Notes: generated from the sequence alone by a model not told the origin. A stretch of 64,000 nucleotides of DNA from Octopus bimaculoides (GCF_001194135.2 NC_068983.1:79454326-79518325); one strand, 5' to 3'. Positions 27,603 through 42,067 are shown, counted from the stretch's first letter. Numbers and translations: made by a program.

Positions 27603-27790
27603 ATTAACCTGCCTGAGACTATCCCTACTTCTATGATACAAATTTCCTGTTTTAAAATTATCTAAATTAAAACTTTCTTTTAGAATTTCCTATTAATTTA
27701 GGTTTCAAACACCAGTTTAATAATGAGAAACATATTTCACTAAATTTTTCATTATTTTTTAAAAAATTACTTGAAGTAGTGTAATTTAAC
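27603..27790 (+). mobile_element. MITE fragment; same family at 48927-49140
   Basis: Shared AACCTGCC...TTCCTGTTTTAAA..ATCTAAATTAAAAC...TTCATTATTTT. Confidence 0.6.
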
Positions 27791-29059
27791 AGAAATACAG
27801 CAATAAGAGGGTAAGCAAAATAAGTTTTGACCTTTCTCATAAGACCTTGCAGAATGGCATAATCCCATGAATACATAAGATGCAAATTAGTTTCTTTCTT
27901 TCTTTTCTTTTTTGTTTAATTAAATCATATTATTTAATTCTTCATGTACCTTTTGTAGCTTTTCTGTTTTATTCTTTTGAAAAACTTAACCAGTAAATTA
28001 AGGATTTAATAAAAGAAAATTTCTTCTGTTTCTTTTAGCTTAGGTTCATAGCTTCATATTTGTTGCTGAGAGAGAGAGAGCGTATGAAATTATTCTGAAG
28101 CATGGAAAGATAATCTTATGGTGATGTAGGGCAGTAGGCATCAAATATTACAGTAAACAATGGGATTGTTACGTGAAATTTTAAATTTAGGCAAGACTTA
28201 TGATATACACTTGATTAATGGTTGATGCTTGGAAAGGATATTAATCCCTGTTAGGCTATTCATCGCATGCTTAATTGAATTAACATACTTTTAAGATTTT
28301 TTTTTCTAGTGTTCATTTAAAAATGTTTTGAAATCTCTGAAAAATATTGCAATAGAGATAAATATATAAACTAACAATTACAGAGAATGATACAAATTTT
28401 ATAAGTATAAAAATAATATTAAGTATCTCCTATAACAACTGTGAATCAAAAATATATATATGTATATGGGAGTTAAAATTCTTATCTTTTGAAACTTTAG
28501 CCTGTGTGAAAATTTGTTTCTGAAACCCTTGACTAAGCTACATTACCCAAATAATTCAGAGGTGGTTTGTGTTTACATAAATGCTCTTCTTTATCTTAAC
28601 ACCAGTTTCCTTTCTTTCATTTATGTTGGTTACCCATTGATGGGCAACATTGTCTCTCTTTAACTTTGGCTAACTCCTACAGAGAGATGGGTGAAACTTT
28701 GTAATTGTGAAGTAAGATTTGTTTGTTAGCCCTGACTTAAAGTAAGATGAAACATATATTCATATATAAGTACAGCTGAAACATATTTAACTCACTTTTC
28801 AATCAATCTGATGAATACTTAAGCTGTCATTTATTTTCCATAAGCGAAAAATTAACTGGGGATTGAATTAATGGTGGTTGACTCAGTTAGATATGTATTA
28901 GGGAGTAAGGTGTTGTTGGTGTAACAAGTTCCTTGATTCTAGAATACTTTATGGACTGATATGTTGATTGACTAGTGGGTGCTTCACTCAATGTACAGAT
29001 AAACTTCATTTTAAAGTGCAACCTTGCAAAAATAAATACATCTCAGTTCTAGTGTCCCT

Positions 29060-29415
29060 GGGATTGTCCTGTGATGATGGAAGAGTTCCAATGGGTTTAC
29101 CTTTTGTTCCCAGGTTAAAAGTATATATGGGACACAACAGTAAGTAAATATTTTGTCCCCTCGGTTATTCTAAATGCTATGTGGACTACTGTATCTATGT
29201 TTGAGCAGAGTATCTCACAGAATTATGAGTAATCATAAACAAATTACATTTTGTAACTCATGGCATTTGAGTTGTTTGATGGAGCTGGGTAGAGAACCAT
29301 GAAGTTGTTGATTTCTTTGGTATTTCGACTAAAACATCAGGTGAGGTCATGGGAAGTCATGGGTGTTCCAAGGTATCAGCTTCACAGTAATGCTGCAAGT
29401 GTCTTTGATTGCTTC
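29060..29415 (+). mobile_element. CRE-like (RLE) LINE 3' remnant
   Basis: KYIWDTTVSKYFVP resembles CLVWDxTCxDTxA; terminal HSNAASVF resembles QRGNAASVL. Confidence 0.5.
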
Positions 29416-30639
29416 TGTAGATAAAACATAAAGATGTTAATGCATATGAACTAGCATTATAATGCCTTCTTTAGATATTGTAAATAAAGTAGAAATTAAT
29501 ATTTTTCACTTTGTAAATAGTGAAGTGTGCAAATGAGAACGTTTTTATTTACTCTAACCCATTCTACACTATGTAGTATATATGATTTGTTAATTGTTTC
29601 TAGAAATTCATAAGGCATCTGCATTAGTCATTCAATTGTTATTTAAGAAAGATGCTTGATGCATTTTAGCAATCACTTATGAAATGCAGCATTCTGGTAT
29701 TTCCTACAACTCATCATATTATTCTTAGTTTAGAAACATGTTTCAGGTAAATGTTAATTTTCTTTTTAGCCTAATTAGCTGCACATATTTTAGATACGTT
29801 GTTTTCCTTTTTGTTTTTGATTTTACCTCATTAGCTACACATATTTCAGGTAAATGGTGTTTTTCTTTTTAGACTAATTACCATTACATATTTCTGGAAC
29901 AAAATAAGAAAATGAGTTAAAATATTTGCTCTCATTTCAGTAGTGAAACATTTCTTGTGTCCAATCTGACATTGTTCAACTAGTAGTTACTAAGGTAACA
30001 GACAACATAAGGTTTATGTCACAGACTGATATATAATTACATCTAATTAAAATTAATAAATTCAAACTAACTCTAATGATTGTCAGTAAAAAACCGTCAT
30101 TTGGTGTACAACTTAAATTTATTAGATACGTTCTTTAACATAATTTATTAATAATAAATACAGATAAGTTTACTGAATCCTTAATTGTCATAGGTTCAGT
30201 CAGGTTTTGAAATAATCTTATAAAAACAATTTTTTTAATAGAATTTAGTGAATGTTTTAACAAAATATTTTTAGATGTAAATTTCAAGATATTTGCAATA
30301 TGTTATGCTTAAAGATACTTTCCAAATCAAAATATTTCTTTAAATTATCATCTTCTCAATATCAATTGACTCTGGACAGAGGTTATTTTCCATCTTAATT
30401 TATTGTGAGGATTGAATTTAAATTCGTTTTAACTTCACTTGAGGCCTGGTTAAATTTAATTAGAGACTTCTGGTGCCAGCAAATTATTTTCTGTTATTCT
30501 TAACATATAACCAAACATTGTTGTCTTAAATTGGTTTGCATCCTTGTAAAAACTGTTGGATCTCTTTCTCTTTCTCACTCTCTCTCTCTCAAAGGAATGT
30601 AATTCTAAATATAGAAGCAATCAACTGTATACTCCATTT

Positions 30640-30780
30640 ATAATTATTTGCCAATTACTCTTCCTTCTGTCATGTCTAAGATAATGGAAATAGTTATAAA
30701 TAATGACCTACTACACATTCAACATTGTTCAATGCCAAAAGCACTGGTAACCTACTCCCTTCATAAAGACCTATTTTTTC
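30640..30780 (+). mobile_element. CR1/L2 LINE RT fragment
   Basis: PITLPSVMSKIMEIVINNDL resembles RPISLTSVxSKxMExII; followed by QK(R)STG-like AAAAGCACTGGT. Confidence 0.6.
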
Positions 30781-31557
30781 TTTTTCTTTTCAGTTTTATC
30801 ACGAGAAATTTATTCTTAGTTTTACACCTGTAATTTTGGGAGATTCGTACTATTAATTTTTATACCAACACAAAGTAGTGCCATTATCTGTAATTTTTCA
30901 TTTGCTCAAATTGTGTTATCCCTGATATAGCTCTGTGATTTCTCTTCTGTTCAAAGGGCTTTTATATCTGTCATTTTATTGATCAGTTTTCTCTTCTTCA
31001 GTATTGAATGAATTTTGTTACAAAAAAAGGGGGAAGCTTTTGTGAACTCTACTTACAAAATGAAATTCCAATTAACTTATTGCTCTAATGACATTTTTTA
31101 GAGTTTTTTAATATTTTCTGTTATTTTATTACAAATTTTATTTTTACTTAATTCCTCTTCTTAAGATCCTTTTATCCATTTCCAGCATTTTCTCATACTG
31201 AAAATTTAGATTTTGTACTTCAGTTGAAGATGCCATGTTTTCTATGTATGTGATTGTAAATGCATTAATAAACCAGCTAGTTTGAATTTGATCGAGTTTC
31301 TGTTTGGAGTGGGCTATGTAAAATTGATATCTGGTATAACCAAGTTAATCCACTTAAGTCTATCACTGGTCAAATGCTACAAACTTGCTCATAAACCCAT
31401 TATTAAAGTTTTCATTTTTAAGCTATTAGAACATCAACTGATTCTTCCTCATCACCTGAATGATAATGAAATATTTTGACAGGTTAACATTTCTTAATAG
31501 ATTTATGTAAATCTTATTTCAAAACCAAATTAATTAATGATGTATGTGTGTTATATG

Positions 31558-31560
<3 letters not shown>

Positions 31561-31644
<84 letters not shown>
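31561..31644. repeat. (CT)n(AT)n microsatellite
   Basis: Direct reading. Confidence 0.97.
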
Positions 31645-31647
<3 letters not shown>

Positions 31648-31649
31648 AT

Positions 31650-31875
31650 TTTGAGTGTGGCTGTTGCCAGTACCGCCTGACTGGCCTTCGGCCCAGTGGC
31701 ACGTAAAAGCACCCACTACACTCTCAGAGTGGTTGGCATTAGAAAGGGCATTCAGCTGTAAAAATTTTGCCAAATCAGTTTGGAGCCTGGTAGCCATCTG
31801 GTTCACCAGTCCTCAGTCAAATCGTCCAACCCATGCTAGCATGGAAAGCGGACATTAAACAAGGATGATGATATA
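31650..31875 (+). mobile_element. RTE-associated SINE/3' tail copy
   Basis: GGCACGTAAAAGCACCCACTACACTCTCAGAGTGGTTGGCATTAGAAAGGGCATTCAGC...CCATGCTAGCATGGAAAGCGGAC; same family at 58320-58520. Confidence 0.85.
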
Positions 31876-34218
31876 TTAATATTAATTGAAGAGTACAGTA
31901 TTATATATCCATTATGGCCAATCCTACCAGTTGGTACCCAAAACAATTTGTAAAATCACAGTACATGCTACCAGGTTATGTACATGGCAGCTTAAGATAT
32001 GTATAAGAGGTGTGTGCATGTGTTTGTGTGTGTGTATATATATATATATATAGACAGACACACATGGCAAAAAATCTCAATACATAGCTTATTATTGGTT
32101 TGAAGGTAATTAGTTCCATTGCTTTGTGATTGTTGAGCTTGTTTGTTCAGGTTATAAACTGATTATTCACTCCTTACTTTCAATTCTGAATAGATGAACA
32201 TAACCAAAGAATCTTAGAGTTGCAGTACAGTGAGTCAACATCTTCAAAAGAATATCTGTCTTTTTAATTGTCAAACTGAAGTTATTTTTTTTTTAAAGTA
32301 AGTTTAAGCAGAACAAAGGAACATTTACTTCCAATGAACACTCAATGCTGAGAGTTGAGTGAAATTTGTTATAAAATTTCTACTGAGTGAGACTTTTATT
32401 TGTCGCTGGATGACTTACTCAACCAATCTAGGTGAATAAGTCCAACTCAGCTTTTGTCAATACAACATTTTTAATAGATATTTGTCTATTTATCTATTTA
32501 TTCAGACACACACACACAGAGTTAATTCACTAAATCCTTCCAAATTCTTCGCTTTTATTTTGTTTTGAAAATTAGGCAATTTCGGTGATGGTCACTCAAC
32601 ATTCAAAGTTGTTTTTAATTCCTGTCATTTGCTTCATTATGCAATGAATTCGGTCAGTAGCTCTTCTCTTTGAAGTTGGTGATAACAGGTGTTGGTAAAA
32701 GGTCAGATGAATTAATTTTGATGATGGTTCACCTCACATTGATTCAAAAGTCTGTAATTACTTTAAAGACTCTCGTTACCTATCTAATAAACCTTAGCCC
32801 TTCTACTCAGTAATTATTAGTGAAACAAGGTTGAAATGAAGTCAGTGTATTTTACCAGGTAGCTAGTTAACTACATAAAGCTTCATGACCTACACTGTGT
32901 TGAGTATTCAATACAGATCCTATTATCTTTTACATACTAGAAATAAATGTAATTGAGAATGTGTAATTAAGCTAATTGTTATATGAATTCATATAAGTGG
33001 GAAATAACTACTTCAGCAAAACTATTTTCTGTAAAGCTCAAACACAAAATGAGGAAACTTTTGTATGAAATACATTATTACACACATGCATATGTGTGTG
33101 CATAAAATATGAAGTTTCTACTTGAATCAATCAAGTGTGATTGAGAATGATTAATTTTTTTCTTTCTTCATTATTTAGTCTGTAATCATTAGTTTTATAT
33201 TTATTTACTTCTATTTATTCTAGAGTATATGTAATTTATTACTTACTAGAAAACTTTCTAACTGTTTTGTTTTAATCCTGAAAAATCAATTGTACATAAT
33301 TAATTTGGCGTTTCCTAATACTTTCTATAATTGATCTTCGAGACAGTGGAAGTGCATATTAAATACATTTCTTAGTTTTCTTTCCATACAACACTTTCAT
33401 TACCATTTTCTTTCTTTATTATTATTTTTTTTCCCATCATAACTCGTTTATTAGGAATCCCAATTCCTAATGCATATTATCAGTAAAATTAAAATTAGCT
33501 AATGAATTATTTCATATTAGTTATTTTTTCCTTAAAGTTTTGATTCATGAACTTTATATAAATAACTGAATGCTGTTACTTGTAACTGAAGAATAACATT
33601 TTAATATAAAGTTTATATAAAGTTTACAAAAGTGTTTTAGCAGTAAAGTTTATAATTTAAGTAGACAAACTTTTTAAATTGGTTCAAATATTTTTGTGAC
33701 ATATTTGATCTGTAAAAAAACATTTTTCACTGCAGTTTGCCATGAAGAAAATTCTTGCTTCAGACACTTGGTGTCAAAACACCATCAATCATCTCAGGGC
33801 ATCTTCTGGTAGACTGATAAATGTATTTCTATCTAATTTGGCTATCATCAGTACCAGATACTATGTTAGGAAGACTACCCTGAAGTGACTTTGGAAATTA
33901 CTGCCTCATTTATAGAAAATCTGCAAAAATTATTTGCCAATTTGTGCAATCAGCTGCTAGGCCATAATGAATTAAGTATTATGCATGTTAAGCAGTGTTG
34001 TGAACTAAACAAATCTTTAAATCAGCTCAAATATGTTTGTGTCATATTTGACCTGTAAAAGATCATTTTTCACTGCAAGTTTGCTATGGAGAAAAATCTC
34101 TCTTTAGACAATAGGTGCCAAAGTGCCATCAATCATCTTGGGGTACCCTCTGGTGCACTGATAAATAAGACAATCCTTGGTTTACATAATATATATATTA
34201 ATTTATGTTTTTGACATA

Positions 34219-35100
34219 TCATAGATTATGTTTTTGAATTGGTAGAAGGACTTTGCCCATGGTTTTTTCAGGGCTTTCAAGTTGCCAATAACGTTCTTCC
34301 ATAGCTCCATGGCTTCTAGGAGAACCTATCTGGAGAGGGTAATCTAAAGGTCCAATGTTCATGGAAGTTCTGAGCAACAACACTATTTTCATTGAATTTC
34401 TTGTGGACCAGAGCCTGCATATGAGTAACATAGAAGAGACAGTCTCCAGTTGATCTAGTTTTACAATAGTGATCTTAGTGATGATTAAGGAGGGAGAGAA
34501 ATTCATTTGTTGAAAAGGCTTTTGTTAGCAACTAATTGCATCACCTTTCGAATGAAGGAAGTGAGTGAAACTATTTGTTACAGACAGCTGAAGATTGTGA
34601 ATAATTTACAATTTTTTAGTATGGGATGAGTCTGAGAGCAAAGTAGAGTTGTGGACGTTGAAGTAACTGGTAACAATGACTTCAGAGCTGAAGTAAGGTA
34701 AATGCCTTCAATATAGGAAGAATTATAGTAAAAATGTTATTGGGGGTTGAAGAAGTTTAGAGGATCAGGAATAAGAGTCTCTGAACCTGAGTAACTGGAA
34801 AGGTTTTTGCTAATATCCAGGTGAGAGAGATGACTGGTAGAGAGAGTGGAATCTAAATGTGTGTAGGCACCATCTTTTTGGGAGAAGTTTGAGTAGCCTG
34901 GACAGCAAATATGGACTATATAGGTAAAAAAATGTAGAATGGGATTAGCAGTTTATGTGTAAGAAGTGATGTGTGATGTTGAATTTGGATTAGAATCTAT
35001 AGCTATTAGAGCAAAGAAAGGGAGAACAGAAGTGATGAAAGTGTAATATTGTTTCAGTTAGAACTGAATGTTGAGAGAAATAGCCCTAACATTAACTGTT
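34219..35100 (-). mobile_element. CR1/L2-like LINE AP-endonuclease remnant, highly degraded
   Basis: Minus-strand stretches such as CPGYSNFSQKDGAYTHLDS and EFNENSVVAQNFHEHW recall CR1 endonuclease motifs (GDFNxHH). Confidence 0.45.
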
Positions 35101-36572
35101 ATCTTGAAATTAATAGATTGGACTGTAATCATTTTCAGTTGCATGAGACTGTGAACTTAAAATACTCAAATATTGATCATATGACTTTGTGATCAAAATT
35201 TATTATAGCTTTTGTTACAAGACCATAATGAGCATACAATATAAATGATGAGAGGCAATGTATTGGCACCAAAGAGTTTGGCTTTCCATGTAGAACATGA
35301 ATAGAGGTATGTAATGTAGGACAATATATTTTTGGTGAAACAAGATTTTAATTGAAGAGTAGTCACAAGAAAATTCTTACATCAAAGATGCTGTTATCTT
35401 ACTTCTTTTAGAGTGAATAGACAGGACTTCACTGATATGAAATCACTGTAAAGAGAGTGCACACAAAATGAGAAATGGGATTTCATGTTGTCTGACTAAA
35501 ACTTCGTTCATTAGTTGCACTGGAGTAAGTTATCTTACAAACAACTATATAATTAAGTACCTTGATTGTTCAGATAGTCACTGGCAATAATATGTTATTT
35601 TGGTAGCCTAATTCATGCTGAAGGTGAAACTCATAAGAGCAAATGATAGAAAGGTGGTGTTTTGGTAATTGAGAATTTATTTATGTAAGTTGGGAAATAT
35701 ATGCAAAGAACATTGAGCTGTATACAAAGAAGCAGAATACATGCAGCATAATGGTTTGGAATATGTTGAATATATCAACTTGGTAAAACTGAGCACAAAT
35801 TACCAGACATGATAGGAAGTTAAAGGTATTGGGTAACGTATGGGGGTTGCAAACTGTACAGATTTGTATATAAAATATAACTAAATGGTACATATTAAGT
35901 GAGAAACTGTCTCAAATTTGTATTGGGTGTATGAACTGAGACTTAAGTAGTGATTACACTAAATCTTTAAATATTGAATGGAAGTCTTCACAAATGAGAT
36001 GACCAAAAAGTAAGGCACTTAGAAAGAAAGATGCTGTATTGGAAACTAATCATTATATGCTAAGATATAAAAGAAAAAACACCTGAAGAGACTGCTGATA
36101 AAGTGTCTGTGCATGTATCTGTCTACATGTCTGTACTTGCATTATGCATTTTTACAACCAGTATCACTAATGACTTGTTAAGCTAATCAAGTTTTATTGG
36201 TGTTAAAATAGGCTGATGCCATTGGGTTATTGTTATTTGACAAATTAAACAAAAATTTGCTGAATTTGTTAGAAGAAAGAAAAAGATGATTTGTGAATCG
36301 TGTGTTTCTGAAATTCCCTTTCAGCTAATGTATATATTGTTATGTGTTTTATAGAACTTATTTCTGGTAATCTAATGATTTCTCCTGTTTCTTATTTGAT
36401 TTGATTTTAATCAATCAAAATTAGTGTCATTATTTCTGCTATATTTAAGTCACACAAATAATTTTTTTCTTTAGCAAGATAGTTGGAACTGTTTTGTGTA
36501 AAACAGGAAAGTAGAAAGACATTGCTTATGATATCTAGGAAAACATTCCTGTATATATTACTACAGATGATA

Positions 36573-36573
<1 letters not shown>

Positions 36574-36611
<38 letters not shown>

Positions 36612-36650
36612 TATACACACACACATATATATACACACACACACACACAG

Positions 36651-36681
<31 letters not shown>
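36574..36681. repeat. Compound (CA)/(TA) microsatellite
   Basis: Direct reading. Confidence 0.95.
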
Positions 36682-36687
<6 letters not shown>

Positions 36688-37091
36688 ACAGGTGTTAATA
36701 TGTATTGGACAATAAATAAATATTTGTATACACTGAAGAAATCACCTTAGGGATATAGAGTAATGAAATACTATAAATACTTTCATGCTGATGAAAATAT
36801 ACAGTGACACTGTAAATAAAGATACAGTGGTCTATGAGTATTACACTAGACTTAAGAGAATATAGCATTCAAAGTTTTCTTTTTATGATATCCCTCAATG
36901 CATTTACAGTTTGGCTACCAACATCTGAATGCTATATTGGACTGTATAGGAAATTCATTTTAGTGACCATAAAAAAAGAAAAACATGTAACTTAATGTTT
37001 CCACTGAGATATCGATATTGACAGATTCCATTGCAGAAGGAAAGAAGAGGACAGAAGCATAAGCTCAATCTAGATAGCATTTGTATGCTTT

Positions 37092-37142
<51 letters not shown>

Positions 37143-38674
37143 CATACATGTTAAACAGCAAAACTAAAAACATCATGTTACAAATTGGAAGCAAATTCCT
37201 CATGAAGCACTTAGGATTTGATGTTCTGCATAGCCCCAGAACTGCTGGGTAGAACTATTTTAATGGGGATTGGAGGAAAATACACAAAGAAATGTTATGC
37301 ATGAGTATATAACTTTGGAAGCTCAATAATATTGCCAGTATTAGCAGAGTTTTATAATTTCTTGTTCTCTGAATTTCATAATTTCATGATCACTGTCACA
37401 TCATATCAAAATAATGCTTTTTTCATTCAGTAACACTAAGTTACTATCAAGCATGCTATAAAGTGATATTAAATGTAGATTTTTAATCCTTAAAGGGACC
37501 ATTAAGATATCGACTGTGTCATATTTCCATGGGGAATATTATGCATTATGTGTGTAGGAATAGTTGTGTAGCTTAGAATTTTATTTGCAATTACATAATA
37601 CCAATGTTGATCCCATTGTACAGGTTCAACAAAAGTCTTATGAAATTTGGTTGAGAGAAACAGTCCAGTAACTTCTTGGGTGTATGTGTGTATCATGGCT
37701 TTGCATGGATATATAAAAGCCAAAGCCGAGGATAACAGAAATGAACATCAAACAAAAATATCTTGCATTTTGTTACATCCTTTTTACGTTCTGGTTACAA
37801 CCTTTACGTCCAGGTGGACTTTTGCCTCTCTTGCTCTCAAGCTTGGTAAAATGCATATTACACAAAGAAATGGTACTGATATTTTCAATAAAGAAACTTT
37901 GAAGGTAATAGTCATTAGACTAAATGAAACCATTAAAAGATGTAATCTACCAAAAACAAAGAAACATCAAATTATTGGTAGCAGGAATTATGTAGTATGT
38001 TGGTCTTGCAAACCAATGTACAAGACACATGTATGGCAGGTGTGTTTGTTAAAACAGTATCAGTGTGTTTCCTTGTTTGATATCTTTGCACAGTACTTTG
38101 TGAGAGTGTTGTCTACTATAGCATTGGATTGATGAATATCTTATGTGTGAAATTTGACAACTAGAAAATATGCAGAAGCTTGCTCTGTGTGTGTGTGTGT
38201 GTGCATATGATTTTGTTTGTGGTTATGTTTATCATCTAAAAGTTAGTGCGATTTATGCTATATATATATAAACAATGGTTTCCTGACAGTGTCATTTGCT
38301 TACAGTCTACCAAAAAACATGTCCAATGTCCAGTCTTCCTGACATGTCTTGTCATGTTGCATGATCATGATCATTGCCAATATTGAAACCAATCAGTGAC
38401 TGATGATGGAACTGATAGAGCATCATCATCACCATCATCATCATCACTGTAACAACTACTTTTCCATGCTTCCATTGGTCAGACAAAAGTACATTGAAAC
38501 AGGATTTCAATGGCCTTTTTTCAGTCATTGGATTGCAGCCATAAAAAATTAACATCATCCATGTTATAGTCAATTACATGTATCTCAGTTGTTTGCTCTT
38601 TGACTACTGCTTATTGTATTGACCTTGGAAGAGTGAAGGATAAAATGTACCATATATTTACACAAAATGCACAT

Positions 38675-38724
<50 letters not shown>

Positions 38725-39357
38725 ACACACAGATATACACACGTGCAGTAAATGAAAATATCCTCTGACACTTAATGAGTTGTTCAGATTTCCACCAAAG
38801 GCATTGGCTTCATACAGATACTAAAAGTAAAAATCAGCCTGGAAAAACTTCCCCTCCAGAGTTATTGACTAATGTGAGAAATTGCAGATATAAGGAGTAG
38901 GTGAACAGAAGGGTCTTAATTTGCAGAAATGAACTGATATATCAAAAGAACTTGGTATTCTTCCAGATTCATAATTAATATTATTATATGTCAGTTAAAG
39001 GCTATATGTGAAATTACTAGATTATATTGGTAAAATATTATAAAGCATAATAGAGCTATGTAATTTTATTTAAAAGTGCAAAACAACCTGTCAGGGATTA
39101 TATTTATCTCCTTTGTAATCTTGTCAGCTTTATGTAAACTGTGTTACATATTTCTGTTATAACTTAGAGGAATAAATACAACATCTGTGACAATTTACAA
39201 GGACTTCATTACTCCTACAATGAAAGGTACATTATCTACTTTCACTTCACGAGGCTTTGGTCATCCGAAGTCTATGAAAGTAGACATTTGTTCCAAGTGC
39301 CACTCATTGAGAACGAAACTATCTATATGTGTGTGTGTGTGTGTGTGTGTATGCATG

Positions 39358-39411
<54 letters not shown>

Positions 39412-39799
39412 CAGATTCATAGCTATGTATTTAAAACATTTTGTTTACTCATACGGTTTTGGTTTCAAGCATTTTCATCAGGTCTTGAGAGTGATGGTAG
39501 CTTCTTCCCTGCTTCCCATCAATCTCAGAGACTTTATAAATTGTCATGAGTAATTTTAATAGAAAAAAGAAATATACGCCGGGTGATGCTGCTATTAAGT
39601 TAGATAAAGCCTGGGCCAATACTAGCCAAAACTTAGTATAACAAAAGTTGTTTCCATTAAATCAATAAAATTACACTGATGATAAACATATTTCTTGAGA
39701 GTTTGTTTTGCATTTTTAACTAAAATTTTATTGGTCTATTAGGCTTGGTAATATTTTAGTAATATGACCTCCACTTAGGCACTCTTTACTCACCCTTCT

Positions 39800-40085
39800 C
39801 CTCACCTCTCAGCATCCATATTCATCCATATTATGTCCAACTTCCCCTCACCAGGTTCCTCTCTAATTACTTCCATTCTGACACTCTCGTCTCACTCATC
39901 TCTGTCTCTCCTTCTCATCATCCATTCCATGTACCTGCCTCCACAACTGGGAAAGCCGAGAGTATGGATGATGAGAGGCTTTTCATAAACCAATTCACTC
40001 AGAATGTCAACACACTTTAGTTTCCTTCCTGCTCATGTCTTTCCTGTACTTACAACAGGTTAAACAGAAAATTAACAGCATCACT
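39800..40085 (+). mobile_element. CR1/L2 LINE 3' end remnant
   Basis: ...AGAATGTCAACACACTTTAGTTTCCTTCCTGCTCATGTCTTTCCTG...ACAACAGGTTAAACAG resembles the L2/CR1 C-terminus (LWNSLPxHVFP..NLQxFK). Confidence 0.45.
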
Positions 40086-40482
40086 CTCACTGGTCACAGA
40101 GGGCCTGTGCAAACCATGGACAAAGTCCATTCCTTCAGACCAAAATATTAGCATCCCAAAATGCATGTTATGGTATTTCTTGATATATTAGAAATTGTAA
40201 ATATTGATGATCTAATTTGCTGAAATCTTTAATATTCTATAAAAATATACTTTTATTATTTTCAGCACCTTTACAGGTGATATAGTAAATGGGTAGGCTC
40301 TCTGTAGTTTAATAGAAAATGCAGCTGTTCAGCTAGTGGTAGGTGTGTAATGGTTCATTTCTTGCCACAGAACTGGTTTTTCTTCTCTGTCCAATCTTTG
40401 TAAATATATTGTGTTATATTATTCTAAATTGAAAATCTTAGCAGTTGATTTATTCCCAATAGCAGCTAAGACATTCTGTTGG

Positions 40483-40520
<38 letters not shown>

Positions 40521-42067
40521 ATGTGTGTGCCTGCATGATTGAGGAGAGAGTTGTATGGAATTCAGTATTTTACATTAGCATACTTTGCCACAGATCCACT
40601 CTTGATATGGTCATCAACAAAGATAAGTGCATTGATCACTTTTATTTTCAATATCTGATAAAACTGCTCAGAGATTTTGCTTTGTCCCTCAGTTCTTGTA
40701 TAATCTGACTATACCCTAAGGAATTTTTGTATTGATTTACAGACATTACTCATTAATAATATATACATAATTTAATCCGTCTTTATGCTAACAGTTACCT
40801 CCACTCTCCCTGGAGCATCTTACTTTTAAAATCCATCCATCATTCTCAATATTATCCCTTCTTACCCTATTTTCCACTGATTGCCCCTTTCCAGTTATCT
40901 CTCCCTCTCCTCTGAGATACATCTTAGGACTGCCATCTACAACACACAATCATATCTGTTATCATTCTCATCACCCTCTTATATCTATTGTTGTCAGTCT
41001 CTCTCCTACCTTTTCCTCCTACTCACAATAACTACCTCTACATACCTCTGACATCTATATTTTTGTCACTGTATATCTCTCTTGTCCACCCCGCTCACTA
41101 TCCCAGCCTGCTTATCATCTCCATATTCTGTGATCTTCCTACAGGTTTATTATATTGCTACTCGCTTTCCTTCTAGTACTGCCACTTATCACCTCCTCCT
41201 TGTGTGACCCCTTTTCTTCCACCTACATCCGCCCATACTGGTACTAACCATCACCCCACCTCCACCATTGTTCCATTCATTACATTCACTTCTACACTCA
41301 TTTCTAAAGAGATGGTCATATTGTAATGAACTTATCCACCCACCTTTGTCAACTCTTTGTATTCTTCCTTATAGTCATCTTTTTGTTTCCTGGGAGTATG
41401 GTCTGCACCTCATCACTACCGTCATTGTCCTCTGTCCAGTCATTCCTACTCACCCTCATATAATGCAGGGCAGTCATGTATCCCTTCTGCCCGCCCTGTT
41501 CTCCTGTCATACTTTAGCCTTGCAACCTGTGCTAGATGACCCATTAAGCAAAATAAGCATGTGCTTAGGGCATCAAGGGAGGAGGGGGTACCACAGAAAT
41601 GCTAAATGGTTTATGGCACAAAAGAAATCACTTTAAACTTGCTAAAATAATATTCAGGATGCCCTGTCTCAACAGAGTATAGAAGCAGACATTTTACGTA
41701 AAATTAATTTGGGAATCTGTTCAAAGATTTTGCAATTAATAAAAAAAATAAGAAGAAACTTTCCAAATATAAATGAAGTGGAAGTATAAAAAAATAAATA
41801 TTATTTCCCATCTTACTGTTAATTTTGTTTCATTTTGAAAAATAAAAATTTATTTTATGGTTTATTATTGTTTCCATTTCGAATTATATATGGAGGCACC
41901 AAAATCTTTTGAATGCTTAAGGCCTCTATGGGTCTTGATCCAGCCCTGCTTACAACAGCTGCATAAAGCCACACCCCACTTCTATTACAAACCTATTCTG
42001 TTGAGTGTTCATTTGTTTAATGAGTTATTTGGCAATCTCATTAATGTCAGTGTCATGGAAAATGTAC

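Noticed and set aside
36859-36938. 13-bp perfect inverted repeat (AATATAGCATTCA/TGAATGCTATATT); possible pre-miRNA or C/D snoRNA
   Set aside because: Pairing does not extend, there is no canonical RTGATGA C box at the right position, and it is AT-rich enough to be chance.
37647-38132. 161-aa ORF with C-terminal cysteines suggesting a piggyBac transposase
   Set aside because: No convincing catalytic motifs or TTAA-bounded TIRs, and cysteine spacing does not fit; left unassigned.
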